Assembly (NCBI GenBank): GCA_963829055.1
Contig: CAWHHI010000005.1
Span: 288,001 to 352,000, forward strand
Origin: an uncultured Gemmatimonadaceae bacterium
GTDB lineage: Bacteria; Gemmatimonadota; Gemmatimonadetes; Gemmatimonadales; Gemmatimonadaceae
DNA: 64,000 nucleotides
Direction of reading: 5' to 3'
The first letter of the stretch is position 1. Each line of letters starts with the position of its first letter. The position numbers were made by a program, and so were the translations under genes. Below are positions 61,943-64,000 of the stretch, piece after piece. The notes beneath the pieces were generated by a model that searched no databases, was not told where the DNA came from, and worked only from the letters and a program-made list of their open reading frames with translations.

Positions 61943-62171
61943 GCCTGAAGCCGCGAACCAAGGGCTGTACGCGTTAGGCGCTGCCGGCCATTCGAGATCG
62001 TAGCCCGGCATTGACGCGCGCGTACACGAGCTCGGCCGCACCCAGAGACACGGCCGTTCATCCCCCTACGGGAATACGCCGCCAGTGTTCGGAGTCTATG
62101 GCATTGAGCAACTGCAATGACGCAGTGCCATGAACCACTGCCGTTGGACTCTCGCTGGAGAACGATCTCAT

Positions 62172-63290
62172 ATGATTTCCATACATGCTATGCCGTCGCA
62201 GGGCGCGGCCGCGCTCGGGTTCGCGGTGCTGACACTTGGCGGCGCGACTGCACTGCGCCATGCGCCGAGCGACCCCGCGGCAGTGAGCGCCAGGCTGTCC
62301 GAGTGGAAGGTCGAGCTGTCGCAGCCCAGCATCACCGCCGGCGTCGTGAATTTCACCGTCACGAATGCAGGCAGCGTTCCCCACGCCTTCGAGGTCGAGG
62401 GCCAGGGTATCGAGAAGGAGACCCCGGTCATTCAGCCGGGGGCGAGCGCTACCCTGAAGCTCACGCTCAAGGCCGGGAACTACGAGGTGTACTGTCCGGT
62501 CGGGGGTGACTCGCACAAGCACCTGGGGATGGAGACCCATCTCACGGTCGTCGGTGCCAAAGGCGCGACCGCGGCGCCTAACGCTGAAGCGGCGAAGGCA
62601 ACGCCCCGCAATGGTGCGAGCGAGGCGTCACCGAAGGTCCAGGCGATCCGCGTCAGGGGCGCGGGGCCAGTCGTTCAGATTCTTCCCGGGCCGTTCCCGT
62701 TTCCCGACAGCGCGGCCCCGATTCTCCGCCGATTTGGCGACGAGCGCGAAGGCCTCGAGTCGCAGGTGAAGGACGGCCCGTACTCGAACAACGTGTCGCC
62801 CATCGGGGGCACCTTCAACTTCACGGCCTGGGACAAGGGCGCGGTTCGCGATTCGGTAGACGGCGTCGCCGAATTCACCACGCAGGACGGGGCGAAGTGG
62901 AAGCTCGTACTCGACCGCGTCCAGACGAAGGACGTGGTCCATCATCCGCGCTTCGGCGGCGTGATCATGGGGCTCTACTACCACGGGAACACGGAGGTCC
63001 ACACGCCGCTCGTACCGACGATCAACAGCGCGGTCGCGCTGTGGGCGGTCGGGCACCTGTACAAGAACGACGCGCTCGCGACCGACAACGCGATGGTGCA
63101 CGTGATGCTGCTGTCGCGGACCCGTCGCGACGGCGATTTCGCGCTCGAGTGCTGGGACTGCTCCAGGAACAAGATCGAGGAGCTGCAGCTGCAAATCCTC
63201 CCCGGACCGGGCGAGCCGAAGCTGGATGCGCCCGGCGGATTCCTGTTCGTCAATTGGGAGAAGTCGAGCTCCCTCGAGCCCGCGACCTGA
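62172..63290 (+). CDS. Secreted cupredoxin-domain protein with unknown C-terminal domain
   Basis: LSEWKV, NAGSVPHAFEVEG and GNYEVYCPVGGDSHKHLGM (His...Cys-His-Met ligands). Confidence 0.78.
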   Translation: MISIHAMPSQGAAALGFAVLTLGGATALRHAPSDPAAVSARLSEWKVELSQPSITAGVVNFTVTNAGSVPHAFEVEGQGIEKETPVIQPGASATLKLTLKAGNYEVYCPVGGDSHKHLGMETHLTVVGAKGATAAPNAEAAKATPRNGASEASPKVQAIRVRGAGPVVQILPGPFPFPDSAAPILRRFGDEREGLESQVKDGPYSNNVSPIGGTFNFTAWDKGAVRDSVDGVAEFTTQDGAKWKLVLDRVQTKDVVHHPRFGGVIMGLYYHGNTEVHTPLVPTINSAVALWAVGHLYKNDALATDNAMVHVMLLSRTRRDGDFALECWDCSRNKIEELQLQILPGPGEPKLDAPGGFLFVNWEKSSSLEPAT

Positions 63291-63302
63291 GGGGATGACC
63301 CG

Positions 63303-63725
63303 ATGCGTCTTCGCACAGCAGTGATCGGGTGTCTCGCGCTCGCGTCGCTCGCGTCGCTCGCGAGCTGCAAGGCTCCGACTCGACCGGCGTTTACGGGGGT
63401 GGTACGGGTGGGAACCAGGGGGCGCTGTGGGAGGCGGCGGCCCCGTGGGGGCGGTCACGATCGGTCCGAGCATTCGATTCATGAGTGCCCAAACGGAACC
63501 CAGAACCCGGCCGTGGACACCATCCCGGTCGGCGCCACGGTGACATGGACCTGGACCGGCTCGCTGCCGCACGGCGTCCAGTCGTTAGGCGCGACGAGCT
63601 TTGCCAGCAGCGGCATCAGGACGGGGAGCGGAACGCATGCGGTCACGTTCACCGCGCGGGGCACGTACCAGTACGACTGCGCGGTGCACGGCACGGCGAT
63701 GAGGGGGACGATCGTCGTCGAGTAG
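63303..63725 (+). CDS. Plastocyanin/azurin family copper-binding lipoprotein (likely internal frameshifts)
   Basis: Lipobox LASC; GATVTW...PHGV...GTYQYDCAVHGTAMRGTIVVE. Confidence 0.8.
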   Translation: MRLRTAVIGCLALASLASLASCKAPTRPAFTGVVRVGTRGRCGRRRPRGGGHDRSEHSIHECPNGTQNPAVDTIPVGATVTWTWTGSLPHGVQSLGATSFASSGIRTGSGTHAVTFTARGTYQYDCAVHGTAMRGTIVVE

Positions 63726-63750
63726 GACCGGTCGCTGCCGGCCGCGGCGT

Positions 63751-64000
63751 TTATGGTTGAGCGCCGCGGCAGACGGCGACCGACACGCCGGGCACGCGCG
63801 ACCACTGCCACGACTCGTTGATCATCGGACGTGTCATGTAGGTGAGGTACAGCAATTCTCCGTCGCGCGCGACGTCGAGTTTCATCGGTTGAACCCGATC
63901 GCTGACGAGCAGTTCGGCCGCGATAGGTGTCGTGACCACATCCCCGTTTCGAAGTCCCGCGTCTGCCGCAGCCGACGACGGAACCAGGCTCACGACAGTC
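63751..64000 (-). CDS. C-terminal PDZ-like end of a protein cut by the window edge
   Basis: VVSLVPSSAAADAGLRNGDVV...LDVARDG. Confidence 0.55.
   Translation of the reverse strand, partial: TVVSLVPSSAAADAGLRNGDVVTTPIAAELLVSDRVQPMKLDVARDGELLYLTYMTRPMINESWQWSRVPGVSVAVCRGAQP

Larger units (their letters stand above)
527..63589. repeat. Dispersed over-represented heptamer/octamer CGTTAGG(C) / (G)CCTAACG
   Basis: About 70 copies by manual reading, e.g. 527, 1092, 2652, 4312, 18904 + 18911 (tandem), 30541, 45241, 55526, 59761 and 63583. Confidence 0.85.

Noticed and set aside
527..63589. GTTAGGC/GCCTAAC as integron attC core sites
   Set aside because: They match GTTRRRY/RYYYAAC but are mostly inside genes, are not paired into palindromes at cassette ends, and no integron integrase is present.

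Overview
High-GC bacterial chromosome segment. The gene content (SusC/SusD pair, ADOP-type permease remnants, TolB-like/TPR Ser/Thr kinases, TIGR02999-type ECF sigma) suggests Gemmatimonadota; this is an inference. Many genes are broken by single-base indels, typical of a long-read or low-coverage assembly. Ordinary content: a pobA-pcaCHGBD operon, phoD, a SusC/SusD-peptidase/amidohydrolase locus, GH1 and GH144-like hydrolases, a metallophosphoesterase/Omp85 pair, a small metal-stress cluster, prolyl oligopeptidase, an ECF sigma/kinase pair and cupredoxins. No rRNA, tRNA, CRISPR array or transposase was recognised. Two signals stand out. (1) A three-gene module occurs twice, in opposite orientations (1-3646 + and 36755-41930 -): TPR-CHAT caspase-like protease, an uncharacterised ~330 aa protein, and a leaderless, propeptide-less S8 subtilase. 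After manual frameshift repair the two middle proteins share an ordered series of motifs, so they look like one unnamed family in a possible protease-cascade system. (2) The non-palindromic motif CGTTAGG(C)/(G)CCTAACG occurs about 70 times by manual count, roughly every 0.9 kb, on both strands and inside genes. Several clean deletion scars fuse unrelated gene fragments.
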